Below, in pieces: positions 1 to 8,033 of a stretch of DNA of 32,000 bases (position 1 is the first letter of the stretch; each line of letters begins with the position of its first letter). The position numbers and the translations under genes are program-made. Origin of the DNA: Candidatus Hadarchaeales archaeon (GTDB lineage Archaea > Hadarchaeota > Hadarchaeia > Hadarchaeales > Hadarchaeaceae); the NCBI GenBank assembly GCA_038823825.1, contig JAWBCC010000001.1, positions 360,001 through 392,000 of the forward strand, given 5' to 3'. Under the pieces are notes generated by a model. That model saw only the letters and a program-made list of their open reading frames with translations. It was not told the DNA's origin and made no database searches.

Positions 1-573
1 AAATATACAGTTGAGATCCGTAATATATTCAGTCTCTATAAATGTTTTGTGAAACTCGCGATGTGTATCCATTCCGTTTCCGAGACACCACTCAAGATAC
101 GTGAACAGACTGATAGCACGAGAGCGCGCGGAGGAGTTTCTCAACTTTACACGCCATATTTCCAGCGGTTCTCCGATTGGTACAAAAACGAGCATCGAAC
201 AGTCTAAACCAGACCTTGCGCTTTTGATCTCTGTGTATCCCAAACCGTGTACAACCTCGTATTTCTCAAAATCTGGACAGCAGGGTTTCCATCCCAAAGA
301 CCAGAATTCACCATTTTCATCGTCGCGCACATAGATGTACTTTCCATATTCGTCGCGGATGAGATCTTGATGCCAAATGTTCAACCTAGCGAGAGCAGAG
401 TTTCCTCTCCAGCTGAAGCCGCTACCAGCCTGGGAGATGGCTAACCCATAGTCTCCATTACATATTATGTTCACCCATGGCGCTGGAGTGTCGGGCCTAG
501 TTATTACAAATTCCCTGCCGTTTTTCGTGAAGTATCCGTACTTGTTTGACAAAAGTCTCTGCTCCTGTGACAT
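1..573 (-). CDS. GH94-type glycan phosphorylase (cellobiose/chitobiose/cellodextrin phosphorylase-like), N-terminal 191 codons; gene runs off the window start
   Basis: My translation of the minus strand from ATG (complement of 571-573) gives MSQEQRLLSNKYGYFTKNGREFVITRPDTPAPWVNIICNGDYGLAISQAGSGFSWRGNS...LFTYLEWCLGN. This resembles the N-terminal signature of GH94 phosphorylases (YGxF..REYVIT.P.TP.PW.N; F.F.EFCLWN). It is absent from the ORF track because it is open at the window edge. Confidence 0.8.
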   Translation of the reverse strand, partial: MSQEQRLLSNKYGYFTKNGREFVITRPDTPAPWVNIICNGDYGLAISQAGSGFSWRGNSALARLNIWHQDLIRDEYGKYIYVRDDENGEFWSLGWKPCCPDFEKYEVVHGLGYTEIKSARSGLDCSMLVFVPIGEPLEIWRVKLRNSSARSRAISLFTYLEWCLGNGMDTHREFHKTFIETEYITDLNCIF

Positions 574-603
574 GGACCTCTAGAAAACTACTCATGCGAT
601 TTT

Positions 604-663
604 TTTAGTTTTCGTGCACGCAAGAGAAGCTAAATGGTGTTTTGTAAAAAAACGAAAACTAAA
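604..663. promoter_or_regulatory. Perfect 12-bp inverted repeat (TTTAGTTTTCGT ... ACGAAAACTAAA) with a 36-nt spacer in the divergent intergenic region between the GH94 gene and the solute-binding protein gene; candidate operator or hairpin
   Basis: Arms read directly at 604-615 and 652-663 and are exact reverse complements. The spacer contains the palindrome GTGCAC (615-620). The repeat lies 31-90 nt upstream of the GH94 ATG and 87-146 nt upstream of the GTG at 750. Confidence 0.4.
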
Positions 664-749
664 TTAAAATTCTTTTTTGGAACTAATTTTACTCTAGCTT
701 TTTCCAAAAAGGGTTAAAACCTTTGCTGTCTTAAATAAAATGTGAGAGG

Positions 750-1925
750 GTGAAAGAAAAGCTTGAAGTTTATCACTTCTGGATAGGGCATGAGCATGCA
801 CCAATAAAAAGTTTCTTGGATTTTTTTGCGAGAAAGTATTCAATTGAGGTCAGAGACATAGCGATGGAATGGGGTATCCATAGCGCGATAACTCAGGCTA
901 AAGTTATGAGAGAGAATCCGCCCGATATCGTAGCCACGGATATAGGACGGAGGCTGGCTGATTACGTTAAAACTGGCGAAATTGCCGAAGTCGAAAAGAT
1001 CTGGTCGAGTAAAAGTCTCAAAAAAGCAATACCGGACTGGATAAAAGAAGCCTGCAGCGTAGACGGCAAAATCTACGGTGTGCCGTCTAAATGTTTCACC
1101 TTTGCAGTCTGGTATCTGAAAAGAGTCTTCAAAAAGTACAACTTAGAACCTCCGGAAAGCTGGGACGAATTTTTAGAAATATGTAAGAAACTTTCCCAGA
1201 AAGGTATCAGACCAATAGTCTCTAGTTCTTGGGAGGTTTCTCTCTGGTTTGAGAACATCTTGGTTCGATTTGTGGGGCCGGATTTTTACAACGCTTTGAT
1301 GAGGGGCGAAGAGAGCTGGCTGGATCCGCGTGTTATCGAGGCTTATGAAACCTTGAGAGAGCTTTCGGAGTATTTCTTGCCAGGACCATTCAGCTATAGT
1401 TTTCGCGAGTCTTGGGAGGCTCTAAACGCTGAAAAAGCGGTCATGCAACTTCAAGGAGATTGGGTTAATGAGATGTGGAAGGTCGGTTATGGCTATAAAC
1501 CGGGTGTTGACTATGACTTTTTCTTGATACCGCCGATAGATGACAAAGTAGGTCATGTCATGATAACCGGTGGAAACGCTTGGTTGATGACTAAAAGAGC
1601 TCCACACAAGAATGAAGCTAAAACTTTCATGACTTTCGCCGCATCCAAAAGGGCCCACGAAATACTGGCAAAGGAAGGGATGGGCATAATGAGCAGAATC
1701 GATGTTCCTGAGCAACTCTATGATCCCGTCTCCTTAAGATTGCTCAAGAGTCTACAGAAATATCCTAATGTGCTTCAAATGGACGCGATACTGCCGGCTA
1801 CCGTGTTGAGCGTGGAAAGATTACAGCAGGCACAAATCGTTTTGGGAGAGGAATTTAGCAGGAAGCGAATAGAGGCGCTTTTAGAAGAGATCCAGAAAGT
1901 AAGTGAAGGAATCCGACAGAGGTGA
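750..1925 (+). CDS. ABC-transporter family-1 extracellular solute-binding protein homolog (sugar-binding type) lacking a signal peptide
   Basis: 391-aa ORF with a GTG start after a GAGAGG SD-like motif. It shows typical SBP_bac_1 features (PESWDEFLEICKKLSQKGIRPI, AVMQLQGDWV, FLIPP...GGNAWLMTK). An in-frame TAA at 732-734 excludes an N-terminal extension. Confidence 0.75.
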   Translation: MKEKLEVYHFWIGHEHAPIKSFLDFFARKYSIEVRDIAMEWGIHSAITQAKVMRENPPDIVATDIGRRLADYVKTGEIAEVEKIWSSKSLKKAIPDWIKEACSVDGKIYGVPSKCFTFAVWYLKRVFKKYNLEPPESWDEFLEICKKLSQKGIRPIVSSSWEVSLWFENILVRFVGPDFYNALMRGEESWLDPRVIEAYETLRELSEYFLPGPFSYSFRESWEALNAEKAVMQLQGDWVNEMWKVGYGYKPGVDYDFFLIPPIDDKVGHVMITGGNAWLMTKRAPHKNEAKTFMTFAASKRAHEILAKEGMGIMSRIDVPEQLYDPVSLRLLKSLQKYPNVLQMDAILPATVLSVERLQQAQIVLGEEFSRKRIEALLEEIQKVSEGIRQR

Positions 1926-1931
1926 ATACAT

Positions 1932-2674
1932 TTGGTGAGAAGGATTTCTTCTGTCATTGGACTTTTTTCGGCTAAGGGAGGCGTAGGAAAGACAGTTCTA
2001 GCCGTGAATTTGGCAACTTTCTCGGCAAACTGCTGAAAGGAAGAGTTGCTCTCATGGAGGTTGGTGGAGCGATACCGACGCTTCACCTTTACTTTGATTT
2101 GCCAGAACCAAAGATTCCACCTAGCAAAATAGTCACTGGCGGAGGCCGGATAGAAGAGGTAATCACAAAGTACGGGAATATCCTGGATATCGTTTCTCTC
2201 TCGTTTGACTATGGATCTGAAAGTGAGATAGGAATGATAATAGACCTTTTGCGTGAGAGATATCCTCTCATAATTCTCGATTCTCCACCAGGATTAGGAA
2301 TGGAGGTCCACTCCAGTCTCAGAGCTTGTACCGAAATAATTATTGTCTGTCAGCCGAAAATCCCCTCCGTGTTACAGGCTCTACAAACGTGTAAAATTGC
2401 AGAGAAGTGGCGTGTTCCGATCGAGCGCGTTATCATCAACCGTGTTCAGGGGGGAAATTTTGAAATCTCTCCAACAGATTTGCGGAAGACATTTGGTGGC
2501 GCCGTGATTTCCATAGTTCCAGAAGACCCCAGGATGCCAGAAAGTGTGACTAAGGGCAAGCCGTTAGTCATCCTAGACCCGGCCTCACCTGCCGCTCAGG
2601 AGATAAATAGGATAGCCCGCAGCATTGCTACAAAGATAAAAAAGAACATGAAACTCCTCTATGCCGTAAAATAG
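1932..2674 (+). pseudogene. MinD/ParA-family P-loop ATPase interrupted by a 1-nt frameshift near 2019-2023
   Basis: The frame starting at TTG 1932/GTG 1935 gives VRRISSVIGLFSAKGGVGKTVLAVNLATFSANC* (deviant Walker A KGGVGKT) and stops at 2034-2036. The -1 frame continues LGKLLKGRVALMEVGG...IILDSPPGLG... to 2674 (ORF-track 2054..2674). Joining the frames at TTC|CTC restores a normal MinD-like N-terminus. Confidence 0.75.
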
Positions 2675-2677
2675 ATT

Positions 2678-3310
2678 TCATCCACTTCTCATTTTTTCAA
2701 CTATCCCCTTCAGTGCGATTTCCTTTCTTGATCGGATTTTCTCATCGAACACAACGAGTAATTTTTCGGCTTCTTGGGTACCAATTTGCCATAGATCAAC
2801 GTATATTTGAGCGATCGGGGCTGACTGGTTCTGACTTACGCTTTCAATGTGAGAATCTTTTTCGAGCACCACAAGATTTGGTCTTCTACTTTCTCTTTTA
2901 GGGAATTTTGTAGAAATTTTCTGAGGATCTCCATAAACATAAACTTCTGAGTACAGCGGGGTTTCCCCTATCTTTCGCGCGTAACCCGAAAATGCTGTGA
3001 AAATTGTGCCGGAAGGGAGCTCGCTCTCGATTTCTTTGACTTTATGCGGAACGTAAGTCAAGAAGCATATGTCTTTATGCAAGTCTCTTGTACACGCCCA
3101 GTAAGTGAGGACCTTTTGAACATTTATCACACGGAAGCCCATGGGCTTCTTTTCGACTCCATGAAATCTGTGGAGTTCTCTTACGACTTTATTCACGGTG
3201 TCTAAGGAGATTTGACATTTTTCGGCGATCGATTTTTGCGTCATGTACGGTTCGTCGAGTTCAAGTGTTCTATACAAAATCTCCCTGAAAACAATGTTTT
3301 TTCTACTCAT
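2678..3310 (-). CDS. Putative DNA-binding protein with an N-terminal helix-turn-helix and a C-terminal domain of unknown function
   Basis: 210-aa ORF. The HTH-like segment is MTQKSIAEKCQISLDTVNKVVRELHRF. I do not recognise the C-terminal ~140 aa. AT-rich TATA-like sequence (TTTAAATA) lies upstream at ~3339-3346. Confidence 0.6.
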   Translation of the reverse strand: MSRKNIVFREILYRTLELDEPYMTQKSIAEKCQISLDTVNKVVRELHRFHGVEKKPMGFRVINVQKVLTYWACTRDLHKDICFLTYVPHKVKEIESELPSGTIFTAFSGYARKIGETPLYSEVYVYGDPQKISTKFPKRESRRPNLVVLEKDSHIESVSQNQSAPIAQIYVDLWQIGTQEAEKLLVVFDEKIRSRKEIALKGIVEKMRSG

Positions 3311-3369
3311 TTCCTACCTTTTAAAAATAAATTGAGGTTATTTAAATAGCTTTAAAAATGGGGATATCG

Positions 3370-3786
3370 TCAGGATAAGATTTCCTTCGCCGCTTCAATC
3401 AGCTTTTTGAAATCCACTTCTTGAAGTTTTTGTCCTAAGCCGATACCCGGACAATCGTCGTAGATTTCAAACACAATACCCTTTTCTGTTTTTCTAACAA
3501 AGAACGGATACAGTCTGCATACTAGTGGTCTGTGTTCGTATATCGTACATGCCCCGTTTTTCAGGAAAATGCATGCTCCTCCTCTCCTCTTCATCTTGTA
3601 TTTGAACTTTCCTGCTCCAGAAATCGGACTAGCAAATTGCATAGGATGCATGTCTGTGACATTCGAAATTTTTTCAACTTCTTTTTCAAGCAAATAAATT
3701 ACTCGGCTTCTGTGCGGGGCGTCACCACAACATCTAGCACATCTCTGACACTCAAACTGAACATTTTTGGGTATGTCTATGTTCAT
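3370..3786 (-). CDS. YkgJ/UPF0153-family cysteine-cluster (Fe/Zn-binding) protein
   Basis: 138 aa with CQRCARCCG near the N-terminus and GACIFL...CTIYEHRPLVCRLYPF, the hallmark CxxCxxCC plus C-terminal Cys pattern of this family. Confidence 0.8.
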   Translation of the reverse strand: MNIDIPKNVQFECQRCARCCGDAPHRSRVIYLLEKEVEKISNVTDMHPMQFASPISGAGKFKYKMKRRGGACIFLKNGACTIYEHRPLVCRLYPFFVRKTEKGIVFEIYDDCPGIGLGQKLQEVDFKKLIEAAKEILS

Positions 3787-3843
3787 CCAAGACTCATTCT
3801 TCGTATGGACTTAAAAGTTTATTTGGCACTGGAAGAAACTAGT

Positions 3844-4083
3844 ATGATAAGCATGCAGGCAATCGTGTATATTCGGACTACTCCTGGAAAGGCTCTGAAA
3901 GCCTTGGAAAAGATAAAGAAAATACCCCAAGTTAGATTCGCCGCTGCTACCACTGGTAGATTTGACATCGTGGTTAGGGTCGAAGTTTCGGATATACGCG
4001 AACTAGGCGAATGCGTAGTAAACGAGATACAGAAAATCGAAGGAGTTACGTACACAGAGACCGCTGTGATCGTTACAACATAA
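3844..4083 (+). CDS. Stand-alone Lrp/AsnC-type ligand-binding (RAM) domain protein
   Basis: C-terminal part of ORF 3532..4083: MISMQAIVYIRTTPGKALKALEKIKKIPQVRFAAATTGRFDIVVRVEVSDIRELGECVVNEIQKIEGVTYTETAVIV. This fits the ~75-80 aa AsnC_trans_reg pattern. The start is uncertain (ATG at 3805, 3844 or 3853). Everything upstream of 3787 is antisense to the YkgJ gene. Confidence 0.75.
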   Translation: MISMQAIVYIRTTPGKALKALEKIKKIPQVRFAAATTGRFDIVVRVEVSDIRELGECVVNEIQKIEGVTYTETAVIVTT

Positions 4084-4170
4084 AATAAAACTTGCGAATG
4101 TGGCTCCTTCCGTGCACAACTGTTAGAACATAATAGATTTTAAGAAAGTGTGCAGAACTCTGAAGATTAG

Positions 4171-6834
4171 ATGGAAATCCCAAAAGAGTACCGTCCACTT
4201 GAAGTAGAACCTAAATGGCAGAAAAAGTGGGAAGAATGGGGAATATACAGATTTCGGCGAGAGGACCGACATAGTCCAACATATGTTATCGATACGCCCC
4301 CACCCTATCCTTCTGGTGAATTTCACATGGGTACTGCCTTAAACTGGACCTACATTGATATTGTCGCACGTTACAAGCGGATGAGAGGCTATAACGTTTT
4401 CTTCCCTCAAGGATGGGATTGTCACGGGCTTCCGACAGAAGTTCAGGTTGAGAAGATTTACAAAATCAGGAAGGGAGATTTGCCACCCGACAAGTTCCGC
4501 GAGTTATGCATTCAGTTAACTGAAAATAACATAGCACATATGAAAGAGGAAATGAAATCGATGGGCTTTTCCATAGATTGGTCTACCGAGTACCGAACGA
4601 TGGATCCAGATTACTATGGCAAGACGCAGCTTTCTTTTGTTCTTCTTTACAAAAAAGGCCTGATTTACCGTGGAGAACACCCAGTGAACTGGTGTCCACG
4701 CTGCGAGACCGCCATCGCCGACGCCGAGGTAGAATATGAAGAGAGAGAAACGTCTCTGTATTACATAAGTTTTGAATTAGACAGTGGGGAGAAAATCCCA
4801 ATAGCCACCACGAGACCCGAATTTCTACCAGCGTGCGTGGCTGTGGCCGTTCATCCGGAGGATGATAGGTATCGTGGACTTCCCGGCAGAAAGATAAAAG
4901 TTCCTCCATTCTGGAATGAAGTACCGATAATAGAAGACCAAGAAGTAGATCCCGAGTTTGGCACCGGAGTAGTGATGATCTGTACTTTCGGGGACAAGAC
5001 TGATGTGAGATGGGTTAAACGTCACAACCTCCCCGTTATCAGGCTTTTGGACGAGAGAGGACGAATAACTGAAGCCGGTAAAAAGTACTCCGGAATGTCC
5101 CTAGAAGAATGCAGACGAGCGGTTCTTGAGGATCTAAAAACGGCCGGGCTTGTTTTTAAGGAAGAAAGGATACGGCAAAATGTTGGTCTATGCTGGCGTT
5201 GTAAAACTCCGGTTGAGATCCTCTCTAAACCGCAGTGGTTCTTAAGGGTCTTGGATCTAAACCCGCTAGCAATCAAAAAGGCTAAGGAGGTAAGATGGGT
5301 GCCATCTCACATGCTTTTCAGATTCATCAATTGGGCGGAATCGATGGACTGGGATTGGGTAATATCTAGGCAAAGGATATTTGCTACGCCTATACCCGCA
5401 TGGTATTGTGCCAATTGTGGAGCTCCGATCGTTGCGAGCGAGAAGCAACTGCCTGTGATTCCCTGGAGAGATCCACCCCCTGTGGAAAAGTGCCCTCACT
5501 GTGGAGGGAAAAACTTCAAACCGGAAACCGACGTGCTGGATACCTGGATGGATAGTTCCATCACCATCTGCGTGCACGCTGGTTGGCCGGATATGGATCC
5601 TCGATTGTATCCTGCTGACTTGCAACCGAATGGAACTGATATCATAAGAACCTGGGATTACTATCTGATGATCCGTCATCTCGCTCTTCTTGGTGAAAAG
5701 CCGTATAGAACAGTCCTGATCAATGGCATGGTTGTCGGAGAAGACGGAAGGAAGATGTCGAAATCCCTGGGAAACTATGTCGATACTAGCATGGCTAGGT
5801 CAAAATGGGGTGCCGATGCTCTCAGACAGTGGGCAGCCATAGGAGCTTCCACGGGTTCTGATGTTCCATTCAGCTGGAAAGATGTTGAGTTCGGCCATAA
5901 ATTCATGCAAAAGCTTTGGAACGCTTTCCGGTTTTCATCGAAATTTTTAGTAGGTGCCAAGAATCTAAATCCATCTAAGCTAAAATTCTCTCCTGTAGAT
6001 AGATGGATATTGAGCAAATATCAGAGGCTGGTTGAAGGAGTCACGGAGCACCTTGAAAATTTTGAATTTTGCCATGCTCTGCGAAAAATCTACACTTTTG
6101 TCTGGCATGATTTATGCGACAATTATTTGGAGGCCGTGAAATACAGACTGTACAGCAAAGACGAGACAGCCGAGGCTGCGAGATTTACTCTTTATGAAAT
6201 TTTCCTCGGCATAACAAAACTGCTCGCACCGTTTATCCCACACTTTGCTGAGGAGGTCTTCCAAACTTTCTTTTCAAGAGATTTTCCGGAGATTATAAGC
6301 GTACATCTCTCAGAATGGCCGAAAGCAAAGCCAGAATTCATAGACAAAGAGAGCGAAAGGCTTGGTGAAATGTTTTGTGCCGTGGTTGGCGCCTTAAGAC
6401 AGTTCAAAGCTCGGGAAAGGATGCCTTTGAATGCCGCGATAAGCAAGGCAATATTCTATACTTCGCCACAAATCGCCGAAGACTTGGAAAAACTAAAGTC
6501 CGACATTTCTGGAACTCTCAGGATTTTGGAGCTCTCAATCTCTATCTCTTCGCCAGAAATAGAGGAAGATATAGAAAGAGTTGAGTTAAACATCGAACGC
6601 GTCGGACCAAAATTTAGATCGGACCTAGAGATTCTTAAAGAAGCCCTAGAAAAATCAGACCCCAAGGATATCTATTCTGGCGTTATGAGTGGTGGCGTGA
6701 CAATCTGTTACAAAGGAAAGGAATTCAAACTAGACCCGGGAGACCTAAAATTTTTGAGAACCGTTTCCTCTGCCGATGGAAAGAAAGTCGTACTAGTAGA
6801 GGAATTTCCAATCACCATTGTTTTGCCTTTATGA
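4171..6834 (+). CDS. valS: Valyl-tRNA synthetase (archaeal type)
   Basis: 887 aa class-I aaRS with the PPPYPSGEFHMGTALNW (HIGH region), the CP1 editing region and KMSKS (GRKMSKSLGNYV). The N-terminal KWQKKWEE and the length are typical of archaeal ValRS. Confidence 0.95.
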   Translation: MEIPKEYRPLEVEPKWQKKWEEWGIYRFRREDRHSPTYVIDTPPPYPSGEFHMGTALNWTYIDIVARYKRMRGYNVFFPQGWDCHGLPTEVQVEKIYKIRKGDLPPDKFRELCIQLTENNIAHMKEEMKSMGFSIDWSTEYRTMDPDYYGKTQLSFVLLYKKGLIYRGEHPVNWCPRCETAIADAEVEYEERETSLYYISFELDSGEKIPIATTRPEFLPACVAVAVHPEDDRYRGLPGRKIKVPPFWNEVPIIEDQEVDPEFGTGVVMICTFGDKTDVRWVKRHNLPVIRLLDERGRITEAGKKYSGMSLEECRRAVLEDLKTAGLVFKEERIRQNVGLCWRCKTPVEILSKPQWFLRVLDLNPLAIKKAKEVRWVPSHMLFRFINWAESMDWDWVISRQRIFATPIPAWYCANCGAPIVASEKQLPVIPWRDPPPVEKCPHCGGKNFKPETDVLDTWMDSSITICVHAGWPDMDPRLYPADLQPNGTDIIRTWDYYLMIRHLALLGEKPYRTVLINGMVVGEDGRKMSKSLGNYVDTSMARSKWGADALRQWAAIGASTGSDVPFSWKDVEFGHKFMQKLWNAFRFSSKFLVGAKNLNPSKLKFSPVDRWILSKYQRLVEGVTEHLENFEFCHALRKIYTFVWHDLCDNYLEAVKYRLYSKDETAEAARFTLYEIFLGITKLLAPFIPHFAEEVFQTFFSRDFPEIISVHLSEWPKAKPEFIDKESERLGEMFCAVVGALRQFKARERMPLNAAISKAIFYTSPQIAEDLEKLKSDISGTLRILELSISISSPEIEEDIERVELNIERVGPKFRSDLEILKEALEKSDPKDIYSGVMSGGVTICYKGKEFKLDPGDLKFLRTVSSADGKKVVLVEEFPITIVLPL

Positions 6835-7026
6835 GCTTCCTTTGACCACACTTATGACTAAAATCAGAACAAAAAGCAAGAAAAACAGTATCATTGTGTA
6901 AAGTTGAATTCTATGATATCTCTTCTGCTGTTTCCTTAGAATTTCCTCGCAGGATGGAGAACAGATAAACTTGTCGGGCGGAACTGGTTTTCCACACACT
7001 ACACAGTGTCTATGATCCTCGACCAA
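6829..7026 (-). CDS. Small zinc-ribbon protein with a C-terminal transmembrane helix (DUF2116-like)
   Basis: 65 aa: HCVVCGKPVPPDKFICSPSCEE followed by the hydrophobic MILFFLLFVLILVISVV. It overlaps the valS 3' end by 6 nt (convergent). Confidence 0.65.
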   Translation of the reverse strand: MVEDHRHCVVCGKPVPPDKFICSPSCEEILRKQQKRYHRIQLYTMILFFLLFVLILVISVVKGSS

Positions 7027-7028
7027 TT

Positions 7029-7718
7029 TTATTCACCTGGCTCGATGACAGTTCCAGAATGGGGGTTTCCGGCCAAGATGTCTGGAAGTTTCTCTATTTC
7101 CTCTTTTCCCAACACCACACACTTTAATCTATGTAAATGTATGAGCTTTGCTGCAACCGGATCGATTATCACGTTCATTCCGGGCAAGAATTTTATTTTT
7201 CCAAAAAGATTCATGAGGTCTGCAGTCTTCATGACTTTGATTTTCTGCGCATCCGGGTATAGCTTCGGATCCTTATCATATATGCCATCCACGTTTGATA
7301 TGAAAATGAGTAACTCCGACCCAACCGAAGAAGCGAGCGTTGCAGCTACCGCATCCGTTGTCTGACCCGGAGTCGTTCCCCCCATGATTGGTATTTTTCC
7401 ACTTGCCAACACAATTGTTGCCTCCTCAACCGTCTCTATTGGCTTTTGTTCGCAAATTTCACCCAACGCCAGCCCCAAAAATCTCGCATTCAGTCTGGTG
7501 ATTAAGATTCCTAGCTCGTCCAGTTTGCTGCTGGGAAGCAGCAGTTTGCGTCCTTCTTCGATATACATTCTCGCTGGCTTTCCGCCGCCAACGACCAACG
7601 ATATCTCATGACCATCTTCCTTCAACTTGCGTAACACCTCCGCAAGCTTTTTCACAAATTTTCCATCCGGTCCGTCGGGAGCCAACACGGATCCACCTAT
7701 GCAAATTGTTATCCTCAA
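7029..7718 (-). CDS. pyrH: Uridylate (UMP) kinase, archaeal type
   Basis: 229 aa amino-acid-kinase fold: MRITICIGGSVL, VVGGG, GGTTPGQTTDAVAATLA, VDGIYDKDP. The TTG start forms a TTGA overlap with the stop of the upstream gene. Confidence 0.88.
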   Translation of the reverse strand: MRITICIGGSVLAPDGPDGKFVKKLAEVLRKLKEDGHEISLVVGGGKPARMYIEEGRKLLLPSSKLDELGILITRLNARFLGLALGEICEQKPIETVEEATIVLASGKIPIMGGTTPGQTTDAVAATLASSVGSELLIFISNVDGIYDKDPKLYPDAQKIKVMKTADLMNLFGKIKFLPGMNVIIDPVAAKLIHLHRLKCVVLGKEEIEKLPDILAGNPHSGTVIEPGE

Positions 7719-8008
7719 TTCTTCACCTCCTCAAAGATTTCCTTTTTAACAAATAAACCACAATGGCACCGCCCCATTGTGCGAATCTCTTCTTCGTGCC
7801 ATCTACACGGACATATCTTGGGTTGGTCTTCCGCAGGATTTCCTGTCAATGCCCTGCATGGACAGTATTGGTACCCATGCCTCTTTTTATTCTCCAACAA
7901 TCCACGCAGTATCATGTTTACTATTCCCTCGTCTGGATTCAGAGAATATCCTTTCATTCTCGCGTATCTCTCCATCCTTTTTCTGAGTTCATATATCTCC
8001 TGATCCAT
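7715..8008 (-). CDS. Ferredoxin:thioredoxin reductase catalytic-subunit-like protein (FTR-beta/ferredoxin:disulfide reductase family)
   Basis: 97 aa with the characteristic Cys pattern YCPCR...ICPCRWH...CHCGLF. Confidence 0.8.
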   Translation of the reverse strand: MDQEIYELRKRMERYARMKGYSLNPDEGIVNMILRGLLENKKRHGYQYCPCRALTGNPAEDQPKICPCRWHEEEIRTMGRCHCGLFVKKEIFEEVKN

Positions 8009-8033
8009 CAGAATTCAAATTAACTATCTTGCT

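Noticed and set aside
101-444. Plus-strand ORFs 101..334 and 247..444
   Set aside because: They are antisense to the GH94 phosphorylase reading frame, which has clear family signatures. The ORFs have low-complexity composition and no motif.
1932-2060. Programmed -1 ribosomal frameshift in the MinD-like gene
   Set aside because: There is no X XXY YYZ slippery heptamer and no obvious downstream stimulatory structure at the junction. An indel (a real mutation or a sequencing error) is the simpler explanation.
3532-3804. N-terminal ~90 codons of ORF 3532..4083
   Set aside because: This region is antisense to the well-supported YkgJ gene (3370..3786). Only the C-terminal ~80 aa match the RAM-domain pattern.
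4583-6665. Series of minus-strand ORFs (66-137 aa) inside valS
   Set aside because: All are antisense to a full-length, motif-complete ValRS. Their Arg/Ser/Pro-rich translations are typical of shadow ORFs.
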